Shown here: in pieces, positions 15,824-24,189 of the stretch
How the letters are laid out: every line of letters starts with the position of its first letter
Numbering within the stretch: the stretch's first letter is position 1
Source of the DNA: a phage
Strand: one strand, 5' to 3'
Length of the DNA: 64,000 nt
Assembly (NCBI GenBank): GCA_024613925.1
Contig: GCA_024613925.1_4713.1
Position numbers and translations under genes: made by a program
Notes under the pieces: generated by a model
Told to the model about the DNA's origin: nothing
The model's input: only the letters and a program-made list of their open reading frames with translations
The model's database searches: none

Positions 15824-16723
15824 TTATACGGGAGCGTAAACGTTATAACCGAATACGGCTTTACCGTAGGTGTGAGTACCGTCAGCTAACGACAGCACCA
15901 GCACATTGCCGTACGTAACGTTAACGCCCTTGTCGGTAGACTCGAGGGTATCACCGTTATAGACAAAGGTAGCTGTTTGCAGATTGGCTTTCAGTTCATT
16001 AATGATATCATCACTTACACCAGTCTGTTCTTTGATCAGCGTAGTCAGGTTACCTGCCAGGCTTGCATCGATCTTGGTGTCGTTACTGGTAATAGCTTGT
16101 AAAGCTACAGTGTAGGTGCTGAAGTCTAACGGATAGGTTAACAGACGTGCTGACGTTTTGGTACCATCGCCTTCATCAACGTAGGTTAAGTTACCCAGGT
16201 TGGTAACCTTGATGATGTTAGCCAGATCCAGCGTGGTGTTATAAACTTTAACTTGAACAGAGCCATACCACGCCAACGAATCTTCTTTGGCTTCCAGGGT
16301 GATCGTCTGGATACCATGCTCGTCGAAGGTAACCGGCGTAGTTAACGTTTCGGCTTTGATGTCTTTATCTTTATCCAGGAACTTCTCACCGGAAGGTGTG
16401 ATCATACCGTAGCGTTGAGCTACAAGGTCAACCACGTCACCAATAGTGGTGTTCGCATTAACGTTAACACGTACGGCGATCTTCTGGAACCACTTAGCCA
16501 GATCCAGACGATGGTAGGTAACATCGCGTTCATTGAAGTAAGGGGTACCTTCACCTGGGCTAAGCGTTAAAGTTGCTTCTGGAGCAGAAGGATTCTTTTC
16601 TTTAAGGACGTATTTAAGGTCGGTGTATTTGAAGCTGGCACCAGTATCGGCGTTGAGTTTGTTAATCTCATCAACGATAAGTTGCCATGGTGTTTTTAAA
16701 GTAAGCGATACTTGAGCTGTCAT
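15824..16723 (-). CDS. paralog family A member (P1), probable abundant structural protein
   Basis: 299 aa; shares ordered motifs with 27780..28685, 29602..30453, 30464..31399 and 16766..17407 (Y.HRLDLA, LAWYGSV, C-terminal GNVLVLSLADG). Confidence 0.55.
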   Translation of the reverse strand: MTAQVSLTLKTPWQLIVDEINKLNADTGASFKYTDLKYVLKEKNPSAPEATLTLSPGEGTPYFNERDVTYHRLDLAKWFQKIAVRVNVNANTTIGDVVDLVAQRYGMITPSGEKFLDKDKDIKAETLTTPVTFDEHGIQTITLEAKEDSLAWYGSVQVKVYNTTLDLANIIKVTNLGNLTYVDEGDGTKTSARLLTYPLDFSTYTVALQAITSNDTKIDASLAGNLTTLIKEQTGVSDDIINELKANLQTATFVYNGDTLESTDKGVNVTYGNVLVLSLADGTHTYGKAVFGYNVYAPV

Positions 16724-16765
16724 TTTCTACCTCTATGGTTGTTACATCACTCTCAAAAGATGTAA

Positions 16766-17407
16766 GTGTTTACAGAAATTAATATATTTTATATTAGTGT
16801 GAATAGTATGGAGAACGACTCCGAATCTCCTTTTCGACCATCAAAAATCAGAGGACACATAATCATGGCCTTAGACTTTAACAAAGCAGCGAAATCCCTT
16901 CTGCTTGATCTTATCAACACCAAAGCAACCCGTGCACTGTCCGAAGAAGAACTGCAGTTCGGTACTCCGCAGACGTCTTCCGAACATTCTAAGAACACCG
17001 TTATTCAGCTGGACGCTGCGCCTGAAGCAGCTAACCTGCAGGGTAGTCAGCAGTTCTACTACGATCGTCTGGCTCTGTCCGAAGTTTTCGCTGATGTAAC
17101 CGGCGATGTTACTTTCGAACTGCCGCACGGTACCGACAGCATCCAGGCTTCTGAACTGGTAAGCAAGCTAGTCACCAAATTCGGCCTGGCTTCCCTGACC
17201 GGTGAAATCCAGGAAGAAACCTTCCAGCTGTCTGCAGGTACTGTTGGTCAGGTAACCCTGACTGCGATCGAGGGTGGCATGGTATATACCGGCACTCTGC
17301 AGGTTGCACTGACCTATGCAGCAGCACCGAAAGACCAACTGGCAACCGTTCTGGCGGATAACGTAGCTGATGGCTTCGTGAAACCGACCGTTAGCGCTGT
17401 TGGCTAA
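16766..17407 (+). CDS. paralog family A member (P2, short form)
   Basis: FYYDRLALSEVF and MVYTGTLQVAL motifs; likely true start MALDFNKAAK (about 16865), giving about 180 aa; divergent from P1. Confidence 0.5.
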   Translation: MFTEINIFYISVNSMENDSESPFRPSKIRGHIIMALDFNKAAKSLLLDLINTKATRALSEEELQFGTPQTSSEHSKNTVIQLDAAPEAANLQGSQQFYYDRLALSEVFADVTGDVTFELPHGTDSIQASELVSKLVTKFGLASLTGEIQEETFQLSAGTVGQVTLTAIEGGMVYTGTLQVALTYAAAPKDQLATVLADNVADGFVKPTVSAVG

Positions 17408-17606
17408 TAAGCACATAGAGCAATAGTATGGGTTTTGTACAGCTCGGCTATTGCTCTTCTACAATTTGGTTGTAACAATCTGCGTGGTTGCACGCTTATC
17501 TTTCTCATTGAGCGCTTCGTATGAAGCGCGGTGTTGAAAGGGTTGTGGATCTCCTCAAGCGGCCAGGGACCCAGACCAACCTGAATAAACACGAACACCT
17601 GTTAAG

Positions 17607-17655
17607 CCCCTCCTCATCCGTTATTGGGTGAGGAGGGGTCTTATACGTCTTTATG
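17607..17655 (+). terminator. intrinsic terminator (13-bp stem, 6-nt loop, U-rich tail), plus orientation
   Basis: cccctcctcatcc-gttatt-gggtgaggagggg followed by tcttatacgtctttatg; same arm composition as the minus-strand hairpin family. Confidence 0.7.
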
Positions 17656-17701
17656 CGTTCCGTTCGTTCTGGAGCGTTTTAGGACGGTTTACGGCGGGGT
17701 T

Positions 17702-18337
17702 TTACTCAACACTGAACCCGTTCAAACGAATAGCTTCATAACGCTTACGTTCACGACGTTTACGTGCCTGCCAACCGTAGATGAATTTCTCGTCTTTCTC
17801 ACGACGTTCAGCTAATTCGATGTAGTAAGTGCTCTGCATATCCAGCATCGCGTCGATGAGATAATCTTTACCGGTTTCTCCGCGTTTAGCGATGTAAGCG
17901 TCGAGTACGCCTAACGTCGCAGGTCCCATCAAACCGTCGGCGTTGATATCTTTCCAGTAAGTTTGACGGTTGTTCATGACGTTAAGGTAACGCTGGAGGT
18001 TCTTAACCGCAACCGTTTTACCTGCATTGATACCCAGGTCAAAGAGACGGTCAGCTAAGAACACAGAACGTTTCATGACTTCATCAAGCTTCATCTTATC
18101 CCAGAAGTGAGTCTTGTAGATAAAGAACGCCATTTCCGTGGTAAGGTTACGCATGTTACCGTCCCACCCGAATTTCGTTTTCAGTGTGGTTTTGTATTGT
18201 TCCGCCAAAGCTTGCGTCACGCCGTGGTTTGTGATTCCGCCCGAATCATCGGGATCGTCGACGTAACCTGCTTCGATGCTAGTTTTGTCACGAATTATGA
18301 ATTCGCAGGTAAAATCTTTTTCTGTAATCTTAGCCAT
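17702..18337 (-). CDS. GH108-family lysozyme-like peptidoglycan hydrolase
   Basis: N-terminal IEAGYVDDPDDSGGITNHGVTQ matches the E-G-Y-x-D-P-x-D-x-G-G-x-T-x-x-G-(I/V)-T core of GH108 lysozymes; 211 aa. Confidence 0.6.
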   Translation of the reverse strand: MAKITEKDFTCEFIIRDKTSIEAGYVDDPDDSGGITNHGVTQALAEQYKTTLKTKFGWDGNMRNLTTEMAFFIYKTHFWDKMKLDEVMKRSVFLADRLFDLGINAGKTVAVKNLQRYLNVMNNRQTYWKDINADGLMGPATLGVLDAYIAKRGETGKDYLIDAMLDMQSTYYIELAERREKDEKFIYGWQARKRRERKRYEAIRLNGFSVE

Positions 18338-18437
18338 TAGAACTCCTCGTTGGAATAACGATTTAGAGGAACTGGAAGGGTCTAGAACGCGATAAACGAT
18401 TTAATCCAGGCAAACCCCAGGTTAAACTTTTCTAAGC

Positions 18438-18449
18438 GTTACAACGCGT
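18438..18449. promoter_or_regulatory. 12-bp perfect palindrome CGTTCTAGAACG, with a related half-site about 45 bp upstream
   Basis: read directly in the leader region of the lysozyme-like gene; operator-like symmetry. Confidence 0.35.
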
Positions 18450-18463
18450 TCTAGAACGTTGAA

Positions 18464-20512
18464 TTAAATACCCTTGGTTCCTTTCACGTGATGTGCGATT
18501 TCTTCAACCATTGCACGCAGAGCACGAAGCTGTTGGTCGTGTTCGTACCAACCGCCTAACAGAACCCCGCTATACACCATGGTGTCAAGACTTAACAGCC
18601 CTTTATCTGATACGTTGATCATTTCAGGGAACTGTTCTTGAACACGCTGTGCAATAACACCGATCTTCTCGACATCAGGATCGTAGTTGTGACGGAAACG
18701 GGCAAGCCCACTGCGTGCCATTTCACGTAAACGATCGCTAAGAGATTCTGGATGATCTTTCAGATAACGGATGTCATGTTTACTACGCTCGTCTGAACGG
18801 ATGTAAGCGTTAGGGACATCGATGTTGCTGTTGAAGTACAGCGCGCTACCACCACCTGCAGAGTTCCCCCAATAGAAGCGAGTGATCTCACCGCCACCAT
18901 TCTCCGTGATGATAACATGTTTACCTAAACGCGTACCACCATTACCATCAACGAAGACCAGTTTGTTTCCGCTGTAAGAACCCCAGAACAAGCGCGTATC
19001 GATGATGTGCGTTGCAGCGAGACGGGCGTTACGTGGTGTAGAATACACGGTGTTAACATCTTGCTGAGCATGTGCATCGGAAGCGATACCATAGTTCTGT
19101 ACGTTACCCAACCCAACCTGCGCTTTCGTAACAGCGTGAGGGTTGTCTCGACGGTTAGCGTGAGCGTTAACCAGATCGCCCGCTAATTTCTGAATTGCCC
19201 AGTTGGTAGACTGCGGTGTCATGTAACGGTTAGTTGCAGAACCACCTTGCGCTTCAGCTTGGTTAGCGGTTGGATAGTTCTCAACACTTCCTAACCCTAC
19301 TTGTGCTTTAGACACTTGGTGTGGGTTATTCTTGTCAGCGATGTGTGCATTAAGCGGAACTAACGCAAAGGTCTCAATGGACGCTTTGGTTGTGTTCGGT
19401 GCCATTAATCGGTTAGCTGCAACCCCGGCACGCGCTTCTTCTTCAGAAGCCATCGGATAGTCTTGCACATTCCCTAATCCCACCTGGGCTTTCGTTACCC
19501 TGTGTGGGTTGTTATAATCGGCTTTGTGTGCATTAAGTGGAATCAATGCGAACTGTTCAATTGCTGCAACGGTACGTAGCGGTGTCATGAAACGGTTGTT
19601 CGCTGTTCCGGCTTTCGCCTCGTCATCCGAAGCAGTCGGGAAGTTATCAACGTTCCCAAGGTTAACCTGCGCTTTGGTGACGCTATGCGGGTTATCCCGA
19701 CGGTTAGCGTGCGCATCGACTAGATCGCCCGCCAGTTTAGCAATCGCCCATCCAACCGTTTGTGCGGTCATGTAACGGTCAGGTGCGGTACCGGCTTCTG
19801 CCTCCGCCTTGTTGGCGGTAGGATAGTTCTGTACGTTACCTAGTCCGACTTGGGCTTTTGTTACTTCGTGCGGGTTATCGGTACGGTTAGCATGCGCGTA
19901 ATGCAGATCGGTCAGATCTTTATCCGCTGCTTGCATATCTTTGCGTAGCTGATCGATTGCCGCCCAGAGACGGTTATCGGATGCAGCATCACCGATAAGT
20001 ATTGCGGCTTTCAGTGAATAGATCGCTAAGCAAAGATGTTCGGTACCGTAAATAGCACTAACGTGGTGGATGTGTGGTTCAGGCGGATAAAGTTCCGGTT
20101 TGTTCTTGATGTCATCCCAGTTGATCGGACGATCGTCAAGTTTGAGTTCTTCGATAGCCTGATATAACGCGTCAATAAGGCTTACGTAAACGCCACCGAT
20201 GATGCGATAGTCGTTAACTAACGTCCCCTCGATATCATCGTTGATAATGGCGATCGCCGCACAGATTTCTTTACCCGCGTAAAGCGTTGCATCCTGATAC
20301 AAGAAAATGGGTTTATAATCCACGCCTCGTACCAGTGTCTTACCGGTAAGCTTTTCAGTGATGACCAGACTTTCGGTGAAGAACGGTCCGCCATCGAGGG
20401 CGTAACATTTATTCTCGGTTCGTGGAACGGTGTGCTCTTCACCAACGATGTGGTTGCTATCGAGCGTGCCGGTCCAGTCCTCGGGGTACTTCAGGGTAAT
20501 TGGTGTTGACAT
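18464..20512 (-). CDS. tail fibre protein with about 61-aa repeats and C-terminal S74-type intramolecular chaperone domain
   Basis: five repeats of N-P-H-x-V-T-K-A-Q-V-(G/N)-L-G-N-V-x-N-(Y/F); C-terminal S-D-E-R-S-K (Ser-Lys dyad pattern of auto-cleaving fibre chaperones) and GVLLGGWYEHDQQLRAL. Confidence 0.7.
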   Translation of the reverse strand: MSTPITLKYPEDWTGTLDSNHIVGEEHTVPRTENKCYALDGGPFFTESLVITEKLTGKTLVRGVDYKPIFLYQDATLYAGKEICAAIAIINDDIEGTLVNDYRIIGGVYVSLIDALYQAIEELKLDDRPINWDDIKNKPELYPPEPHIHHVSAIYGTEHLCLAIYSLKAAILIGDAASDNRLWAAIDQLRKDMQAADKDLTDLHYAHANRTDNPHEVTKAQVGLGNVQNYPTANKAEAEAGTAPDRYMTAQTVGWAIAKLAGDLVDAHANRRDNPHSVTKAQVNLGNVDNFPTASDDEAKAGTANNRFMTPLRTVAAIEQFALIPLNAHKADYNNPHRVTKAQVGLGNVQDYPMASEEEARAGVAANRLMAPNTTKASIETFALVPLNAHIADKNNPHQVSKAQVGLGSVENYPTANQAEAQGGSATNRYMTPQSTNWAIQKLAGDLVNAHANRRDNPHAVTKAQVGLGNVQNYGIASDAHAQQDVNTVYSTPRNARLAATHIIDTRLFWGSYSGNKLVFVDGNGGTRLGKHVIITENGGGEITRFYWGNSAGGGSALYFNSNIDVPNAYIRSDERSKHDIRYLKDHPESLSDRLREMARSGLARFRHNYDPDVEKIGVIAQRVQEQFPEMINVSDKGLLSLDTMVYSGVLLGGWYEHDQQLRALRAMVEEIAHHVKGTKGI
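19010..19900 (-). repeat. in-frame tandem repeat array (5 units of about 185 bp) inside the tail fibre gene
   Basis: recurring ...gtgnggGTTnTc...cggttagcgtg... at DNA level and NPHxVTKAQVGLGNV at protein level; boundaries approximate. Confidence 0.6.
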
Positions 20513-20525
20513 AACCTGGAGGTCC

Positions 20526-23120
20526 TTATAACGTGACTGTACCTAATTTGGTTGTCTTATTGAGATTAATGACAGAGATCTGGGTATCGCTGGTCGTAAT
20601 CGTTCCGATATTAACGCGCTGTCCTTTATCATCCTCTTGCTTATGGATGGTTAACTCCAGCTCTAGCTGGTCACCGTTAGGAACAACGGAAACGTACCAT
20701 GTTTTATTACCTGGTGAGCTATTATAGTTTTTTAGGTTATAATGGCCTTTAGGTAAGGTCATGGCCTTACCGGCAAACAAGCAAGTGATGTCTTCGTTGA
20801 TGTAGATATCGTAACCGGAAGCAGCAACGACCGTAGAAACCATGTAGACATGTTTGACGGTACCTGCGAGGTATTCGGCTACGCTTGGCCCATATGCTCT
20901 GAATACCTGTCCGCCATTGGATAAACGGTACGCTTCCCCAAGGTCAACGTACCCCAGACCCCATACCGGATGGACGTTGTAACGACGTCCGCTGCTGGCC
21001 AAATACTCATAAAGCTCATCTACCGATAACCCAACCCACGCACCACTGGCGTTCTTAGCACCACGGAATTGAAAATCGTTTGCGTTTCCTGGAGTAGCAA
21101 CGCGCACGGACATCGCCCCGGCGATTAACCAGCCATCAGCGCATTTACGATACCCTAATGGTCCCCACGCCCCCAGAGTGTTATCAATGTTATTGATTTG
21201 GTCCCGAGGCGTGTAAGTTACCGTTGTGACGACCCCCGTTACGGTAATGTTCCCTTCCCGAGCGCTAGTCGTTACTTCAGACGTCATGATAGCCGCCTTC
21301 CTGGAGACAGGATCGTACACCGATATGAACATCAAGCAGGGGGCCCCTGTGGACGCTGGAGGAACCACGATAGAGCCGCGTATAACGGAGTATCTCTCAA
21401 GCTTCGGCGACGTGTAGGTATCCCAACAAAGTTTGGCCGCTCTGTCGAGTTCTGCCTGCGTGATGCTTATCGATGCCCCCTTTAAGGCTAACGTATCAGG
21501 GTCGACCTCAACCCTGCTGCTTAATCTCCCTTCCTGTAACCAGCTACCAGTCACTATCGTCTGGTCGTCGCTCATGTGAATTGTCGCGAAACGTTCGCTC
21601 ACTGAACCGCCTACGTGGACGCGACTGGTTGGCGGGAATCCCGTCACATCGACCACGCTGTTCTTATAGCGATAACTCAAATCCCAATCAGTGGTTATTA
21701 ACCGCTTTTCGAAATTGCTCTGACCCCCTGGGATGCGGGATAAGACATAGACCTTGTTCTTCGCCGTGAAGCCAACGAAGCCGTGTGGACCACAGGACCC
21801 AACAACGCGGTCCATGATGTTAATCCAGCCCCCCACCTCGTACGCGGATATTGGGGTGAGTTTCGCAAGTTCGTCGAAGACATTACCAGCGTAGTCACCA
21901 ATGCGATACGATCGAACCATCGGCGAGGCCAGGTTATCATTCACACAGCTGGTAACCAGACCGTCCTCGCGAATGACCATGTTCCCGGTAAGGTTGCCCC
22001 CACCCCATGCCCAGAATCCGTCTTTATAATCACGGTCACGAGTTGACATCGTACAAGGGCCACGAAAGGACACCGAACCATCGGAGTTCACTTGTAATGA
22101 CGGCGTTCCAGCATTGGGACTTAATGTCCATTGCTTCGTATCCAGGTTCAAATCGACGTACCAGATCGTTGTCCCCTGATCGGCGATATTCGCGGTACTG
22201 TTAGTGTACCATGCCGTCGTACAGTAGATTCGCGCAATGTTACCTCTTACAACAGCGTAATTTCTAACACCCGCACGAATAGGGATAAGCGTCGTTAATT
22301 GACTAGGGTACGCTGTATGGTTTAACACTTCCCAGAAAAGAATATGGTCGAGGTTAGTTTTCGTCGTTCCCTCAAAAATCTTTCCACTAAACCCGGTTTC
22401 TTTGGTGAACTGTACAGCCGCACCATTTTTAATGTCCGATAACATACAGGTATGTACATCGAGTCCGTTTTTCCCTTCATGCGCCCACCAGACTAACAGG
22501 TACACTTTGTTTTTGTAGACGAACGTACTACAGCGCGCCATGCTGTCGGTAATACCCTCTACCGACCCGGTACACATGGCGGCGACATGCTTCTCTACGT
22601 TGAATGTGCCGTTAGTCAGAACGATGTATGGCTGTGTGTTCTCGTCGTTTTCGTCCATCGCGACACCCATCATCACACCGTGGTTATGACACCAGACCGA
22701 TTGTGGGATTTTAGGTAGTGCTGTAGGGTTGTACTGGCGACTGGTACCTATGGCGGTATCGAGCAGCCCTTCACCATTGTTTTTACAGATAGCGTAATAC
22801 ACCCCGTTTTTCATGCTGTTGGATGCAGAGCGAAGGATGGAAACACTCCCGTCTGCTTCCTGACAGATTCCGTAGGTACGACGTTCGGTCATGGCTATCG
22901 CGCCATCAGCTGACCCTTCGATGGCGAGAGGGAAGTAACTTTGATCGCCAATTTGTTCGATATCGGTTACGTCAATATCAATGTACTTTTCCATCTCGGT
23001 GTTGAACTCTGCAGTGCTGTACGCGCCGAGATCGCCAGCCTTTAACCCTGTTGGATTGCTTCGACTAGCGATACGTTCGGTAACGCTGGTCACCAGTTCG
23101 CTAAATTTTTTCATTGCCAT
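20526..23120 (-). CDS. large tailspike-like or fibre-associated protein
   Basis: 864-aa ORF embedded between two fibre genes; Gly/Ser/Thr/Asn-rich composition typical of receptor-binding proteins; no specific catalytic motif recognised. Confidence 0.5.
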   Translation of the reverse strand: MAMKKFSELVTSVTERIASRSNPTGLKAGDLGAYSTAEFNTEMEKYIDIDVTDIEQIGDQSYFPLAIEGSADGAIAMTERRTYGICQEADGSVSILRSASNSMKNGVYYAICKNNGEGLLDTAIGTSRQYNPTALPKIPQSVWCHNHGVMMGVAMDENDENTQPYIVLTNGTFNVEKHVAAMCTGSVEGITDSMARCSTFVYKNKVYLLVWWAHEGKNGLDVHTCMLSDIKNGAAVQFTKETGFSGKIFEGTTKTNLDHILFWEVLNHTAYPSQLTTLIPIRAGVRNYAVVRGNIARIYCTTAWYTNSTANIADQGTTIWYVDLNLDTKQWTLSPNAGTPSLQVNSDGSVSFRGPCTMSTRDRDYKDGFWAWGGGNLTGNMVIREDGLVTSCVNDNLASPMVRSYRIGDYAGNVFDELAKLTPISAYEVGGWINIMDRVVGSCGPHGFVGFTAKNKVYVLSRIPGGQSNFEKRLITTDWDLSYRYKNSVVDVTGFPPTSRVHVGGSVSERFATIHMSDDQTIVTGSWLQEGRLSSRVEVDPDTLALKGASISITQAELDRAAKLCWDTYTSPKLERYSVIRGSIVVPPASTGAPCLMFISVYDPVSRKAAIMTSEVTTSAREGNITVTGVVTTVTYTPRDQINNIDNTLGAWGPLGYRKCADGWLIAGAMSVRVATPGNANDFQFRGAKNASGAWVGLSVDELYEYLASSGRRYNVHPVWGLGYVDLGEAYRLSNGGQVFRAYGPSVAEYLAGTVKHVYMVSTVVAASGYDIYINEDITCLFAGKAMTLPKGHYNLKNYNSSPGNKTWYVSVVPNGDQLELELTIHKQEDDKGQRVNIGTITTSDTQISVINLNKTTKLGTVTL

Positions 23121-23132
23121 TATTCACCTCAG

Positions 23133-23618
23133 TTAAATCGGCGAATCAGGTAATTGACCATCGACAATCTCGATAGTGGCCACTTTACGTGTCGCAGCAA
23201 GATGCGCTGTGCCCTGAACTTTGTTCCAGGTACCGATACGCATCACGTTTTTATAGCTGCTGTTACTGTCGCTCAATGTGTAAACAAAACCGTTATCCGT
23301 GACAGCAAGATAGATCCAACCGGTTGATGCGCTAACACCAGAAACATCCAACGTGGTCGCGGGAACCGTTCCTGTTATCGTGTTGTATTCCGCTTCACCT
23401 TGGCCGATGCTGATCCTCCCGTTGTTGTAGCTGGCTGCTGGAATTATTTTATTTCGGCTGAAGAAAAGGAACGGAAGATAACGTTGTGTAACAAGAGGCG
23501 TAAGTTTAGGAGCCACTTCTGTCTTAGCGTACACGTTTGTCTGCGTCGTTGTTACTGAATGAGGATTCTTCTTGGCCAGGTAGGCTCCCCATTCAGAAAG
23601 CAATGTCGATAACTTCAT
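23133..23618 (-). CDS. small fibre-like protein (possible distal fibre tip)
   Basis: 161 aa; N-terminus KKNPHSVTTTQTNVYAK resembles the NPH-VT-AQ fibre repeat. Confidence 0.4.
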   Translation of the reverse strand: MKLSTLLSEWGAYLAKKNPHSVTTTQTNVYAKTEVAPKLTPLVTQRYLPFLFFSRNKIIPAASYNNGRISIGQGEAEYNTITGTVPATTLDVSGVSASTGWIYLAVTDNGFVYTLSDSNSSYKNVMRIGTWNKVQGTAHLAATRKVATIEIVDGQLPDSPI

Positions 23619-23622
23619 ACGG

Positions 23623-24138
23623 CTACCCCATGTAACGTTTTTGGCCGAGGATAAAGACCTTGTTAAGGACCACCGAGGTAATGCCTGACGCGTTGCAACT
23701 CACCTGCCCAACACGAATAGCTGTTGATGAATCAGCCCCAGCACTACTGTTCCAACTCCAGCCGACCGACCCACCTTTCTGATGAATAAACAGATATCCG
23801 GTTTTGTTTGCCCAGTCGGAAGTAAGATTTTTGATGTCTAGCGTTCCTTTCGCCAGAATATAGTCGGTACCGGCGATCATGACGGGGATTTCAGGATACG
23901 AGATTACCGTACCGCTAGCAGTAACATTGCTGATGCGATCACTACGGATATCGGTACAGTCACCGAAATACGCTACGGGGAGTATCCCCTTAGGGAGCTT
24001 TTTGCCGATTTTCGTATCGACCGTGCTTTTATCGGGTGCGTCGATTTGCGCTGCAGTGACTTGGTTGGGGTTATCCTTCCTTGTGTACCATGTCGTCATG
24101 CGAGCACCCAACTCACTCATTTTTGTGCCCATTTTCAC
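23623..24138 (-). CDS. small fibre-like protein (possible distal fibre tip)
   Basis: 171 aa; N-terminus RKDNPNQVTAAQIDA resembles the fibre repeat. Confidence 0.4.
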   Translation of the reverse strand: MKMGTKMSELGARMTTWYTRKDNPNQVTAAQIDAPDKSTVDTKIGKKLPKGILPVAYFGDCTDIRSDRISNVTASGTVISYPEIPVMIAGTDYILAKGTLDIKNLTSDWANKTGYLFIHQKGGSVGWSWNSSAGADSSTAIRVGQVSCNASGITSVVLNKVFILGQKRYMG

Positions 24139-24166
24139 GTCCTATCGAAAAATAAAAAGATGGAAA

Positions 24167-24183
24167 GGTGGGTAGAACCCACC
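24167..24183 (-). terminator. short hairpin with minus-strand U-tract (probable terminator after the fibre gene)
   Basis: ggtggg-tagaa-cccacc; minus strand continues TTTCCATCTTTTTATTTTTCG. Confidence 0.5.
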
Positions 24184-24189
24184 CATCCG

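Noticed and set aside
17624-17815. 63-aa plus-strand ORF
   Set aside because: Its start codon lies inside the terminator hairpin stem and it runs antisense into the lysozyme gene.
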